A stretch of 32,000 nucleotides of DNA from Halomicronema hongdechloris C2206 (GCF_002075285.3 NZ_CP021983.2:3360001-3392000); one strand, 5' to 3'. Numbered from the stretch's first letter, positions 1 through 9,846 are shown. Program-made: numbers and translations. The notes: generated by a model not told the origin, from the sequence alone.

Positions 1-896
1 TTAATACTCTTAGAGAGCTGCTCACCGTTTTTACCAGCTTCCCCTAGGAAAGCCGGTGTGATGGTTGGTGGTATAGCTGGGAGTTTTATTTGTTGAACGG
101 TGATAGGCTCCTGTAGCCACTGCGTCGCTAGCCCGGTAAAGGATTGGGGCTGTCCACTGACGTAGAACTGAGTTGGTAGGGGGAAGCCGTCTCGTCTGAG
201 CCCGAGAATATCTAGTTCTTTGGCGGCAGCGGCTACCAAGTGGACCGCTGGGTCAATATAGGTCATGGTCGAGGGAAGCAGTGACTCTAGCACTGGGGCT
301 AGGTGAGGATAGTGAGTACAGCCATAGACTAGGGTATCGACGTGAGCCGTGACTAAGGGGGCTAGATAGTTGCGGGCAATGCGTCGGGTTTGAGGACTAT
401 GGATGTGATTTTGTTCGATTAAGGGGACAAACTGTGGGCAGGCGACTTGCCAAACCCGGCAGTGAGCATTGGCCTCTAAGATGGCTTGCCGATAAGCATC
501 ACTGGCTATGGTAGCTGGGGTGGCGATGACCCCGATGCGCCGTCCGACGCTGGCAGCTGCCCGGCCAGCAGGATGGATCAATCCTAGAATCGGGATAGGA
601 AATTCTTGTTGAACTTGTTCTAGGGCCAAGGCCGAGCTCGTGTTGCAGGCCATAATAACCATCTTGACCTGCCGCTCCATCATCCAGGTTAAAATTTGGC
701 GCACGAAGTAAAGAATGTCTGAGGCGGAACGGGTGCCGTAGGGCAAGCGGGCCGTATCGCCGAAGTAGAGGATGGATTCATCGGGGAGTTGCCGACGTAA
801 CTCCCGCAGGACAGTCAGACCGCCGACGCCACTATCAAACACACCAATTTGAGCCGTGGCAGTATGCTCACCGGAAGGGGAAAACCACTGGTTCAT
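1..896 (-). CDS. murI: Glutamate racemase, 3'-partial (stop codon lies outside the window)
   Basis: Absent from the ORF track because it runs off the window edge. Manual minus-strand translation from the ATG at 896-894 gives MNQWFSPSGEHTATAQIGVFDSGVGGLTVLRELRRQLPDESILYFGDTARLPYG...VIMACNTSSA...LVYGCTHYP. These are the N-terminal GVFDSGVGG motif and both catalytic-Cys motifs of MurI. The frame is open for 298 codons down to position 3. Confidence 0.85.
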   Translation of the reverse strand, partial: MNQWFSPSGEHTATAQIGVFDSGVGGLTVLRELRRQLPDESILYFGDTARLPYGTRSASDILYFVRQILTWMMERQVKMVIMACNTSSALALEQVQQEFPIPILGLIHPAGRAAASVGRRIGVIATPATIASDAYRQAILEANAHCRVWQVACPQFVPLIEQNHIHSPQTRRIARNYLAPLVTAHVDTLVYGCTHYPHLAPVLESLLPSTMTYIDPAVHLVAAAAKELDILGLRRDGFPLPTQFYVSGQPQSFTGLATQWLQEPITVQQIKLPAIPPTITPAFLGEAGKNGEQLSKSI

Positions 897-963
897 GCAG
901 GATCACCTAGGGATGAAGATGGGTCATGGTTGGATGTGCGTTTGGAGCGGCAGGAAACCTGCT

Positions 964-2412
964 TCAGGAAGAGGCTTCGGGGGATGACTCAACACTGTCT
1001 GACTTGTCTAGGGCAGGTTCTCCAGAGGCTTGGGAGGGATCATCACTGAAGATCAAACGCAGAAACGGTGGTGCCAGAAAGGTGGTGAGAATCACCATGA
1101 CGATGATGGCGGCTTCTAAGGATTCTGACAAGACACCACTGGCAGAGCCCACACCAGCAAAGACCAAGCCCACTTCTCCCCGTGGAATCATACCAATGCC
1201 AACGGCTAAACGATTGATGCCAGGTTGCCCAATGATGGCATAGCCGGTAACAATCTTGCCGATAATCGCGACGATTACCAGAAATGAGGCAATGATTAGT
1301 CCGGCTCGATTAGACGGATCCATCGGATTCAGCACACTGATGTCTGTGCGCGCCCCTACGCTGACAAAAAATACCGGCACTAGGATGTCAGAAATGGGAC
1401 TGATTTGCTCTTCTAATTCTTTGCGTTTAGAGGTTTCGGCTAAGATGAGTCCGGCTGCAAATGCGCCTAGAATAGCCTCTAATTGAATGGTGGCGGCGAT
1501 GTAAGCCAGTAGGAAGGCAAATACTAGGGAGCTGACGATGACTTGCCCGCGGGTCTTGAGATGGTCAACTAGGGTGACGAAGAAAGGGCTCAGCAGTCGA
1601 CCGACGAAAATGGCCCCTACCAGGAAGACGGCGGCCCCAACTACCAGGTAGATGACATTGGCAATTTCAATTTCGCCGGTCTTGGCCAGGCTAGCCACGA
1701 CGGCTAGGACGATGATGCCAAGGACGTCGTCTAAGACAGCGGCTCCAATGATAATCTGCCCTTCTTCGGAACTCAGCTTTTGCAGTTCTGCCAAGACCTT
1801 AGCGGTGATACCAATGCTGGTGGCTGTGAGGGCAGCGCCGGCGAAGACGGCAGGTACGGTGGGAACGTTGAATAGGGCAATGAGACCGGCGGTTCCGGCT
1901 GAGAAGGGGGCAACGACGCCAATGATGGCTACCACAGCTGCCTGGGGGCCAACGCGAATGAGTTCTTTGAGATCGGATTCTAGCCCGATTTCAAACAGTA
2001 GGATGATCACCCCTAGTTCTGCCAGAACGGAGATGACTTCGCTTTCGCCCTGAAACACTGCTAGGGCGGCTGATGGGTTAAGCCCAGCGGTGAGTTCGAC
2101 CAATTTGATCAGTAGGGATTCTGATTCACTGGCGGCCCCTTCCGGAAAGACGATGAGATGCAGGGCGGATACCCCGACTAGGACACCACCTACTAATTCC
2201 CCTAGGACTGGAGGGAGATTGATGCGAGCGCACAGCTCTCCGCCAAGCTTGGCGGCTAGATACACGGTAATCAGGCTCAGCAGAACGCTGGCGAGAATTA
2301 AGGGTTCTAGCTCAGCTTTGCTGACCTCGGCTAGAAGGGGGATGTTTGCCTTCCCAGGGGCTAAGGGCATCCAGGTGCCTGTGGCCTCAAGCCAATTTGT
2401 CCAATTTGCCAT
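964..2412 (-). CDS. Cation:proton antiporter (CPA2 / Na+/H+ exchanger family)
   Basis: 482-aa ORF that is almost entirely hydrophobic, with about 12 predicted TM segments. Gly/Ala/Val/Ile-rich helices such as LLFEIGLESDLKEL and ATSIGITAKVL are typical of Kef/Nha-type exchangers. The C-terminal tail is short and acidic/Ser-rich. Confidence 0.75.
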   Translation of the reverse strand: MANWTNWLEATGTWMPLAPGKANIPLLAEVSKAELEPLILASVLLSLITVYLAAKLGGELCARINLPPVLGELVGGVLVGVSALHLIVFPEGAASESESLLIKLVELTAGLNPSAALAVFQGESEVISVLAELGVIILLFEIGLESDLKELIRVGPQAAVVAIIGVVAPFSAGTAGLIALFNVPTVPAVFAGAALTATSIGITAKVLAELQKLSSEEGQIIIGAAVLDDVLGIIVLAVVASLAKTGEIEIANVIYLVVGAAVFLVGAIFVGRLLSPFFVTLVDHLKTRGQVIVSSLVFAFLLAYIAATIQLEAILGAFAAGLILAETSKRKELEEQISPISDILVPVFFVSVGARTDISVLNPMDPSNRAGLIIASFLVIVAIIGKIVTGYAIIGQPGINRLAVGIGMIPRGEVGLVFAGVGSASGVLSESLEAAIIVMVILTTFLAPPFLRLIFSDDPSQASGEPALDKSDSVESSPEASS

Positions 2413-2486
2413 CCAGTCTGTAACAACTCATCCCGTCTACTTTACATGACGTAATGGGTGGGCGTGGATCGCTGCGAGCAGATATC

Positions 2487-3317
2487 TCAGATAAAAACCC
2501 GGTGCTGCAGGGAGGGCATCTGACGGCGGACTTGTTCTAGGCGGGAAGGGTTAATTTCTGCGATCGCAACTCCCGGTTGATTCCCAGCATCTGCCAACAC
2601 CATGCCCCAAGGGTCGATGATGGCAGCATGGCCATGGGACTGGCGACGGGCATTGTGGAAGCCAGTCTGGGCTGGAGCAATGACATAGCAGGTATTTTCA
2701 ATGGCCCGGGCCTGTAGCAAGACTTGCCAGTGATCTTTACCGGTATAGGCTGTAAAGGCCGCTGGCACCACCAATACTTCTGCCCCCATCTGAGAGAGAT
2801 GGCGGTAAAGTTCGGGGAAGCGCACATCGTAGCAGACAGAAATTCCCAAGTTCCCCAAGTCCTTAGAGGGATAAACCGAGGGCAATGACTGGCCAGAGAC
2901 CACCGTGTTCGATTCCCGGTAAGTATTGCCGTCCGGTAGATTCACATCGAAGAGATGGACTTTTTCATAGCGCATCAGGGCTTCCCCATCGGGGGCCACT
3001 AGTAGAGCCGTATTAAAGACCTTGCCCTCGTGAGCTACCACAGGATATCCTCCGCCCAACAAGGTGACCTGGTAGCGTTGGGCCATGGTTTTTAAGAAGG
3101 TTTCACTGGACCGACAGATCGATTCTGCCTGGTCGATTTTAGCGGCTTCATCCCCCAAAAAAGAGAAATTCTCTGGCAAGGTGACTAATTCTGCCCCCTG
3201 ACGCACGGCAAGATCGATCAAATCCTCGGCCTGGGCCAGATTTTTTTCTAAATCTGGTTCACTCGTCATTTGTACTGCTGCCGCCAGGTAAGCCTTCATA
3301 GACTCCGTCTCAATCAT
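2487..3317 (-). CDS. Carbon-nitrogen hydrolase family protein (Nit-type amidase/nitrilase superfamily)
   Basis: 276 aa. The Glu-Lys-Cys catalytic triad contexts are visible: LVTLPENF (Glu), RYEKVHLFD (Lys) and GISVCYDVRFPE (Cys). Confidence 0.85.
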   Translation of the reverse strand: MIETESMKAYLAAAVQMTSEPDLEKNLAQAEDLIDLAVRQGAELVTLPENFSFLGDEAAKIDQAESICRSSETFLKTMAQRYQVTLLGGGYPVVAHEGKVFNTALLVAPDGEALMRYEKVHLFDVNLPDGNTYRESNTVVSGQSLPSVYPSKDLGNLGISVCYDVRFPELYRHLSQMGAEVLVVPAAFTAYTGKDHWQVLLQARAIENTCYVIAPAQTGFHNARRQSHGHAAIIDPWGMVLADAGNQPGVAIAEINPSRLEQVRRQMPSLQHRVFI

Positions 3318-3509
3318 CCATGTCGAGTTAGCCCCTCAATTTTAGTGGTTGATGGCCTTAGATCATGGGGCCATGGCCGAATATTTTCAGGAATTCAAGA
3401 GCACTTCGTCAGCGCTTCAGGTGGCATTGGCTGGTCAGCTGAGCTTAGATGGATCCGATCCCTCGACTGCCCAGGCTCAGAAAGCTGACTGAGACGCCGG
3501 GAAGATCTC

Positions 3510-5246
3510 TCAGCCCTGCTGCTGTGAAGGCCCGCCGGGAGGAGCGTTTGTCAGGTCCGGTGCGATCGCAGGCTCAGACATCGCAGATTGCCGCTGCTGC
3601 ACGATCGCCAATCCTGCGTTCAGGGCCTGTAGGCGTTCATCCATCCAATAGTCATCCGGGAATAAGCCACCGATCTGTAAGGTTTCCAGCCGACGTTTGA
3701 CTTGACCAGTTGCCCCTACCACAATCACCTCCCGGCCCTCCTCAGTGGCTTCCTGAATCGCATTCTCAATGGCCAGTGAAGAGGTGACACCCAACACCGG
3801 CACCTCGCTGAGGTCGACAATCAACACGTCATAGTGATCGATGGCGTCATGTTCCCGGGAAATGGCCTTGGCGACGCCGAAGATCATGGGGCCACTGAGA
3901 TGAAAGAGCAACATGCGACCATTGGCGGAGTCCAACGCCTGTTTCTCTGTCGGAGTCAGCACGATCTGATCGTCGGCATCTGTAATCGCCTTCACTGATT
4001 CCGACTGCAGGGCATCTAATCGGGCAATGGTGAGGATATTGGCGATAAATACCCCCACCCCCACGGCCACCATTAAGTCTACGAAGACCGTCAGCACTAC
4101 CACGCTGTACAGAATGCCGGCAGCCTTCCAGGAAATCTTATGGACTCGTTTCAAGAAACCCCAATCGATAATGTCAATGCCCACCTTTAAGACGATTCCC
4201 GCCAACACCGCCAGTGGAATACCCGAGGTCAACGGGGCTGCCCAGAGGGCCACTACCAGCAAAATTAGGGCGCGACTAAGACCGGATAGGGCCGTGCGGC
4301 CCCCGGCTTGAATGTTGACCACGGTGGCTGTGGTAGCGCCGGAACCGGCAATGCCGCCACAAAGTCCGGTCATCAGATTGGCAATGCCTTGACCGACCAA
4401 TTCCTTGTTGGACCGATGTTCGTATCGGGTCAGGCTATCCGACACCAGACAGGTCAGCAAGCAATCGATGGACCCCACCATGGCTAGCACTATGGCATTG
4501 ACAAACATCAATCGCAGGTTGCCAGGGGTGAAGGTCGGCAGTTGAAAATTCGGTAATCCGGCAGTGATTTCACCAATGGTTGCGATCGTGCGAATCTCAA
4601 TGTTTTGTAGAAAGATCAGAGAGACCACCGTGCCGATGATCAATGCCACGAGCTGAGGCGGCAAAATCCGTTTCAGGGAGTGGGGATATAGAAACAGAAT
4701 CACCAGAGTCAACATCCCTAACCCCGTTTCCCAGGGACTCACATTGGAGATCAGGGTAGGCAAACTTCTAATCACCCCAAGCACTCCCCCATCGGGGGTT
4801 TCTTGACCGAGAAACGGGGCAATTTGCATGAAGATGAGAATCACCCCAATGCCGGTCATAAATCCTGAAATCACGTTGTAGGGCAGCATGGTGATATACC
4901 GCCCCAGCTTCAGCAGCCCAAAGCCAATCTGAAACAGCCCCGCCAGCATCACCACCGTGAACGCCATCGCCAGCCCTTGCTCAGGATTGCTGGCAGTAGT
5001 TTCGGCAATTACCGCCGTGATGATGACGGTCATGGGGCCGGTGGGTTCTGAAATCAGGCTGGGGGTGCCGCCGAACAAGGCGGCAAAAAAGCCCACCAGA
5101 ATAGCTCCCCACAATCCCGCCGCCGCCCCTGCTCCAGACGCAATACCGAATGCAAGAGCCATCGGTAAGGCCACGACTGCAGCCGTGAGGCCACCGAGGA
5201 TGTCACCGCGAACATTGCGAAGGTTGATACGGTTAGTGATCGGCAT
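3510..5246 (-). CDS. bicA: SulP-family anion transporter with C-terminal STAS domain, BicA-like (putative Na+-dependent bicarbonate transporter)
   Basis: 578 aa. The N-terminus MPITNRINLRNVRGDILGGLTAAVVALPMALAFGIASGAG...FGGTPSLISEPTGPMTV closely resembles, from memory, cyanobacterial BicA. The SulP core is followed by a STAS-like region (LLFHLSGPMIFGVAKAI...VLIVDLSEVPVLGVTSSLAIENAI). Substrate assignment is by similarity only. Confidence 0.7.
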   Translation of the reverse strand: MPITNRINLRNVRGDILGGLTAAVVALPMALAFGIASGAGAAAGLWGAILVGFFAALFGGTPSLISEPTGPMTVIITAVIAETTASNPEQGLAMAFTVVMLAGLFQIGFGLLKLGRYITMLPYNVISGFMTGIGVILIFMQIAPFLGQETPDGGVLGVIRSLPTLISNVSPWETGLGMLTLVILFLYPHSLKRILPPQLVALIIGTVVSLIFLQNIEIRTIATIGEITAGLPNFQLPTFTPGNLRLMFVNAIVLAMVGSIDCLLTCLVSDSLTRYEHRSNKELVGQGIANLMTGLCGGIAGSGATTATVVNIQAGGRTALSGLSRALILLVVALWAAPLTSGIPLAVLAGIVLKVGIDIIDWGFLKRVHKISWKAAGILYSVVVLTVFVDLMVAVGVGVFIANILTIARLDALQSESVKAITDADDQIVLTPTEKQALDSANGRMLLFHLSGPMIFGVAKAISREHDAIDHYDVLIVDLSEVPVLGVTSSLAIENAIQEATEEGREVIVVGATGQVKRRLETLQIGGLFPDDYWMDERLQALNAGLAIVQQRQSAMSEPAIAPDLTNAPPGGPSQQQG

Positions 5247-5290
5247 GGGAGGCCTGGGGCTCGATACGACAGGGAAGGGTTAGACAAATG

Positions 5291-6166
5291 CTAACGGAAC
5301 AACAACACCGGAACCGGACTACTTCTTAGCAGTTGTATAGTGGTGCTGCCGAGCACCAGATGGCGAATGCGACTGTGGCCATAGGCTCCCATCAATAGCA
5401 AGCTGATGTCATGGGCCTGAATGTATTGGGTGATGACTTTTTCGGCAGCTCCCGGAATCATCTGGCAGGTGGGGCGAAATCCGGCAGACTCGGCTTCCAT
5501 GGCTGCCACTTTGAGATGGGCTTTGGCGGTTTCATCGTCCGCTTTTTTGCCGGCGGTGACGATGTGCAGATCGAGTCCTTGAAACGCGGGTGATGCGACC
5601 AGGAAGTGCAGCATCTTTTGACAACTTTTGCCGCCGTCATAGGCGAGCAGCAGCCGCTCAATCGGTTTGTAATGGCGGCAGGTGATCAGGCAGGGTTTAT
5701 GGCTGGCCCGGGCGATGCGCTCCATATTGGCCCCCAGGTGGTCGGAGGCAAATTCCGCCGCTTCTCCTCGCTTGCCCAAGATAATCAGGTCAGCGGTGGC
5801 TTCAAAGCGATGAAAGATATCGACTAAGAAGCCGGTCTCATGGATCAAGTCGATTGCGGTCACCCCGGCCGCCCGCAATTGCGCCTCAGCATCCTGCAGC
5901 ACCAGTTGCGCTTTTTCGTGGTTGATCCTGGCCTTCTCATGCTCCAGTTCCACCAGCTTGTCCAGCAGCTCACGGGAAGCCCCTAGCCCGATGGCGCCAC
6001 TATAGTTTCCTGTAGAAGCTACCTTCTGGCTGCGAATATCAGACACAAACAAAACATCCACTTCAGCTTCCAGACGAGAGGCCAACCAGCCAGCATAGCG
6101 ATAGCTGCTCTGGGCGAAGCGGGATCCATCGGTACAGAGAAGAATGTGTTTCATCAGTGGGCACAT
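5291..6166 (-). CDS. Universal stress protein, tandem USP domains
   Basis: 291 aa with two USP-like halves (ILLCTDGS... and LLLAYDGG...). The second half carries the ATP-binding-type motif G-x2-G-x9-G-S/T (GAYGHSRIRHLVLGST). The ATG at 6166-6164 overlaps the upstream SulP stop as ATGA. An alternative ATG at 6154 gives MKHILLCTDGS. Confidence 0.8.
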   Translation of the reverse strand: MCPLMKHILLCTDGSRFAQSSYRYAGWLASRLEAEVDVLFVSDIRSQKVASTGNYSGAIGLGASRELLDKLVELEHEKARINHEKAQLVLQDAEAQLRAAGVTAIDLIHETGFLVDIFHRFEATADLIILGKRGEAAEFASDHLGANMERIARASHKPCLITCRHYKPIERLLLAYDGGKSCQKMLHFLVASPAFQGLDLHIVTAGKKADDETAKAHLKVAAMEAESAGFRPTCQMIPGAAEKVITQYIQAHDISLLLMGAYGHSRIRHLVLGSTTIQLLRSSPVPVLLFR

Positions 6167-7665
6167 CAGTGATTAGCGAGTTTTTCCAGGGCATCGGGCT
6201 CGTTGTGGATGGCCAGCCGATTCAGCAGCGATTGACTGGCTTCGTTGACCCCCAGCAGTTCCACATCGGCCCCATGACGGCGGAACTTGAGCACCACCTT
6301 ATCGATGGCGTTCACCGCTGCCTGATCCCAGACATGGGCATGGCTCAGATCCACCGTCACCCGCTCCAGCTCTTCTTCAAAATCAAAGGCACTGAGAAAC
6401 TCCTCCACGGACACGAAGAATAACTGCCCGGCCACTTTGTAGGTGCGCTCGCTGCCATCGGAACTGAGCACCGTGTCTACAAACACCACCTGGGCGATTT
6501 TACGGGAAAAGAAGACCGTACTCAGCGCAATGCCAATAACAACGCCGATGGCCAGGTTGTGACTCACCACCGTAATCACCACCGTGGTTACCATGACCGC
6601 CGTTTCACTGCGGGGAACGCGGCGAATGTTTTTAATTGAGGACCAGTTGAAGGTGCCGATAGACACCATGATCATCACCGCCACTAACGCGGCCATGGGA
6701 ATCTGGCTGACCCAGTGCCCCAATACCAGAATGAAAAACAGCAGAAACACGCCAGCAGCCAAGGTGGATAGCCGTTTGCGGCCGCCGGACTGGATGTTGA
6801 TTACAGACTGGCCAATCATGGCGCAGCCGGCCATGCCACCGAAAAAACCGGTGATGATGTTGGCAATACCCTGGCCTTTGGCTTCTTGATTTTTGTCACT
6901 GGGGGTGTCGGTCAGTTCATCCACCAGTGAAGCGGTTAACAAAGATTCCAGTAAGCCGACAATGGCGAGAGTGGCTGAGACTGGGAAGATGATTTGCAGC
7001 GTCTCCAGGGTCAGCGGCACCTGGGGCAGCATCAACCCGGGCGGTGTTGTGGGCAACTCTCCCATATCCCCCACGGTCGGGACATCTAACCCCAGCGTCA
7101 TGGAGGCTCCCGTGAGCACCACGATCGCCACTAGCGGTGAAGGCACTAACTGAGTCAGGCGTGGCAGCAGATAAATAATTCCCAACCCAGTGGCCATCAT
7201 GGCATAGACCACCCAGGAGGCACCGCTTAGCTGGGGCAACTGAGCCATGAAGATTAAAATCGCCAGGGCATTGACGAATCCCACCATGACCGCCCGTGGC
7301 ACAAACTTCATCTGCTTGCCCAGCTTCAAGAGGCCGAAGATCACCTGCAACATGCCGGTCAAAATGGTGGCGGCAAATAGATACTGAACGCCGTAATCCT
7401 TGACCAGATAGACCATGAGCAGCGCCATGGCTCCGGTGGCGGCAGAAATTAGGCCCGGCCGTCCCCCTACAAAGGCGGTGACGACGGCAATGATGAAGGA
7501 GGCGTACAGCCCCACTTTGGGGTCAACCCCGGCAATGATGGAAAAGGCAATGGCTTCTGGAATTAGCGCCAATGCAACCACGGCCCCCGCCAACAGATCG
7601 CGGGAGACGTTGGAAAACCAATCTCGCCTCAGTTGGGTGGCGTTTGTCCATGTGGTTGTGGTCAA
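6166..7665 (-). CDS. SulP-family inorganic anion (sulfate-type) permease with short STAS domain
   Basis: 499 aa. It has a SulP N-terminal motif ([25 protein letters not shown]), a polytopic core, and a C-terminal STAS-like region ([21 protein letters not shown]...[22 protein letters not shown]). Confidence 0.85.
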   Translation of the reverse strand: MTTTTWTNATQLRRDWFSNVSRDLLAGAVVALALIPEAIAFSIIAGVDPKVGLYASFIIAVVTAFVGGRPGLISAATGAMALLMVYLVKDYGVQYLFAATILTGMLQVIFGLLKLGKQMKFVPRAVMVGFVNALAILIFMAQLPQLSGASWVVYAMMATGLGIIYLLPRLTQLVPSPLVAIVVLTGASMTLGLDVPTVGDMGELPTTPPGLMLPQVPLTLETLQIIFPVSATLAIVGLLESLLTASLVDELTDTPSDKNQEAKGQGIANIITGFFGGMAGCAMIGQSVINIQSGGRKRLSTLAAGVFLLFFILVLGHWVSQIPMAALVAVMIMVSIGTFNWSSIKNIRRVPRSETAVMVTTVVITVVSHNLAIGVVIGIALSTVFFSRKIAQVVFVDTVLSSDGSERTYKVAGQLFFVSVEEFLSAFDFEEELERVTVDLSHAHVWDQAAVNAIDKVVLKFRRHGADVELLGVNEASQSLLNRLAIHNEPDALEKLANH

Positions 7666-7961
7666 TGCAACCTCCTAACGCTAGAAACCATATCCCTTGC
7701 CTACCCCTGGCGTCCGCCGGCTGGGCAAATAGTGAAATTGTCCATGAGTCGGGTCGGGGCAAGGGCAACGATCCTTCGCACAACATGATGCACCACTCAT
7801 GCCTTAGACCATGCTGTTTAAGCACATGTCGCAATGGAAGACATTTCAGGTGAGTTGGAGCTGCTTGTATAGTTCTCTAGGGCCATATTTGCTAAATCCT
7901 GTGATGCCGATACTCAGGGGTATGCGGAATGAAGGCACGGGCGATTCAGGACGATGTTTTT

Positions 7962-8612
7962 TCAAGGAGCCACAATCTGCTGTTCGACCCACGCTCGAAA
8001 CTGTCGTAGCGTTTGGGTTTCGCCCAGTTCCAATCGGTCTGCCAATAGCTCCGTGAGTTTGTCCGCAGGAAACCAGGGAAATGTGGGGCTCTGGTCAACA
8101 GACTGATAGGCTCCACTGGGCTGCAAGACAAAGAACTGCATCGTCGCCCCCGTAAAGCGCCAAAACTCTTTAACGGCCAACCCCGCGTAGAGCCCCCGTT
8201 TGTCGAGCGAGTTCGTGCTGATATCGATTTCAATGACCAAATCAGGGGGCGGATCCCCAGCATTCAAATCAATAGTTTCCCGACCCCTCATCAAGGGTTC
8301 ACTTTGAATGTAGTAGCAAGAATCAGGTTCCGCCCCAGCTTCCACATCATCCCGGGTTAACGTCGTGGAGCCTCCCTTACTCATCCCGATATCCAGCTCA
8401 TCGGTCATCGTCCGAATGAGGTCGTCAATGAAACGGTTGATATTTTCATGACGATATAGCGGACTCATGATTTCTAACGTTCCCTGACAGTAGGCGAAGC
8501 GAGTGCGGCGATCGGTACCAGACTCCATCAAGATGTTTTTGAACGTTTGCCAGGAGATGTGATGCAATAAGATGCGCTGTTCAGCCGGTTTTTCAACCAG
8601 GACTTGAGTCAT
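7962..8612 (-). CDS. Uma2-family (DUF820) PD-(D/E)XK-type endonuclease
   Basis: 216 aa. The N-terminal ISWQTFKNIL / RFAYCQGTLEIMSP pattern and the PD-(D/E)XK-like core (AEPDSCYY ... PPDLVIEIDISTNSLDK) are typical of this family, which is expanded in cyanobacteria. Confidence 0.7.
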   Translation of the reverse strand: MTQVLVEKPAEQRILLHHISWQTFKNILMESGTDRRTRFAYCQGTLEIMSPLYRHENINRFIDDLIRTMTDELDIGMSKGGSTTLTRDDVEAGAEPDSCYYIQSEPLMRGRETIDLNAGDPPPDLVIEIDISTNSLDKRGLYAGLAVKEFWRFTGATMQFFVLQPSGAYQSVDQSPTFPWFPADKLTELLADRLELGETQTLRQFRAWVEQQIVAP

Positions 8613-8618
8613 AACGTT

Positions 8619-9116
8619 CTACTCCTCTTCACACGCACCAATACTGACCCAGGTGCTAGAGCCATCCTGCCAGTGTTCCTTCTTCCAGATGGGGGCATTG
8701 TGTTTGAGGGTATCGATGGCAAACTGACAGGCGGCAAAGGCTTCACCGCGGTGGGGGCAGCCGACGGCTACCAGGACGCTGATCTCACCGATTGTCAGCT
8801 TGCCGGTGCGATGGTGAATCACCACCCGTGTCACATCAGGCCACTGCCGGCGGATCTGGATTGCAATTTGCTTGAACACTTCCAACGCCATGGGTTCATA
8901 GGCCTGGTACTCCAGATAGGAGACAGGATGGCCGTCGGTGTTGTCGCGCACCATGCCGCTCATGACCACGATCGCGCCATTGCGAGAATCATCCGCAAGT
9001 TGATATGCCTCTGCCAGCGATAGGGGGGCAAAGGTGATCCGTAAGGAATCGGTACTGGGAAGGGCGCTGGGGGAAGAAACGGCGGTGACCATGGCGTACG
9101 GCAATAATTCGACCAA
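8619..9116 (-). CDS. moaE: Molybdopterin synthase catalytic subunit MoaE
   Basis: 165 aa. Contains LEYQAYEPMALEVFKQIAIQI...VVIHHRTGKLTIGEISVLVAVGCPHRGEAFAACQFAIDTLKHNAPIWKKEHW, the conserved MoaE core. The true start may be the internal Met at about 9092. Confidence 0.8.
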   Translation of the reverse strand: MVELLPYAMVTAVSSPSALPSTDSLRITFAPLSLAEAYQLADDSRNGAIVVMSGMVRDNTDGHPVSYLEYQAYEPMALEVFKQIAIQIRRQWPDVTRVVIHHRTGKLTIGEISVLVAVGCPHRGEAFAACQFAIDTLKHNAPIWKKEHWQDGSSTWVSIGACEEE

Positions 9117-9174
9117 GTTGTTCTAGGCGACAGCCCCAATGGGGATGCCTGTGTCATAACAGTTTCAGGATACC

Positions 9175-9846
9175 GTGTCGTTCTGGTGGCGTTCGCCGCT
9201 CTGGCGATCGATTGCCGGTGATTACTCTCTCTATGTTGCTGACCCTACCGACCTGCCCGGAGGATGCCACCAGCCTGTGGACCAGCTTCAGTTGGACTAT
9301 CTTTGGTTGGCTGGTGCGCTGGTGGTTCTAGGTCGGGTGGGACCCTTGCGGATGTCTCGAGTCGAGACCGCCGTTGAGCTTTGGCGAACTCAGCGGGCCC
9401 CGATGATTGTCGCCAGTGGTCGGGAAGATGCCTGGCCTATCAAGAATGCCTTGACTGCTGCTAAGGTGCCGGGGCGGCGGCGGCTGATCGACCCCTGTTC
9501 CCGCACTACCTATGAAAGTGCTCAGGAGACGGCGTCTCTTCTGCTACCCCAGGGTAAGCAGCGGATTATTCTGGTCAGCGATCTGCCCCGTTTGTTGCGA
9601 TCGCACCTCACCTTCGAAACCCTGGGATTTCAGGTGATTCCTCACGCCAGTCCCCTGCCGGACCATCTGCCTTGGCCACGACGACACCTGTTGACGGTTC
9701 GCGAGTGTCTTGGTTGGCTCAGCTATGGCATTCGGGGGCGCTACGCCCAGAAGACCGCACCCTCAGCGGGGCCGACTTCCCATCAAGTACAGCAGGGCCA
9801 TGCGCACGGCCACCCCACTGGTCACCTGCTGCGGGATCAGACTTAG
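9175..9846 (+). CDS. YdcF-family (DUF218) protein
   Basis: 223-aa ORF with a GTG start. The core LVVLGRVG...[21 protein letters not shown]...[19 protein letters not shown]...[23 protein letters not shown] resembles the DUF218 fold. The last 28 codons run antisense through the 3' end of pyrB and look non-domain. Confidence 0.5.
   Translation: MSFWWRSPLWRSIAGDYSLYVADPTDLPGGCHQPVDQLQLDYLWLAGALVVLGRVGPLRMSRVETAVELWRTQRAPMIVASGREDAWPIKNALTAAKVPGRRRLIDPCSRTTYESAQETASLLLPQGKQRIILVSDLPRLLRSHLTFETLGFQVIPHASPLPDHLPWPRRHLLTVRECLGWLSYGIRGRYAQKTAPSAGPTSHQVQQGHAHGHPTGHLLRDQT

Noticed and set aside
1652-2053. 133-aa plus-strand ORF, with similar ones at 926-1243, 2090-2449, 4027-4311, 4957-5283, 6584-6889, 6893-7153 and 7415-7678, lying antisense to the transporter genes
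   Set aside because: All lie entirely inside strongly supported minus-strand membrane-protein genes. Their translations are low-complexity (A/T/P/R/S/M-rich) and lack motifs. They are typical shadow ORFs of GC-rich third-position coding.
2907-2916. GTTCGATTCC, a tRNA T-loop-like motif
   Set aside because: The flanks do not form a T-stem or cloverleaf (CCGTG versus CCCGG are not complementary). The site is inside the well-supported Nit hydrolase CDS.
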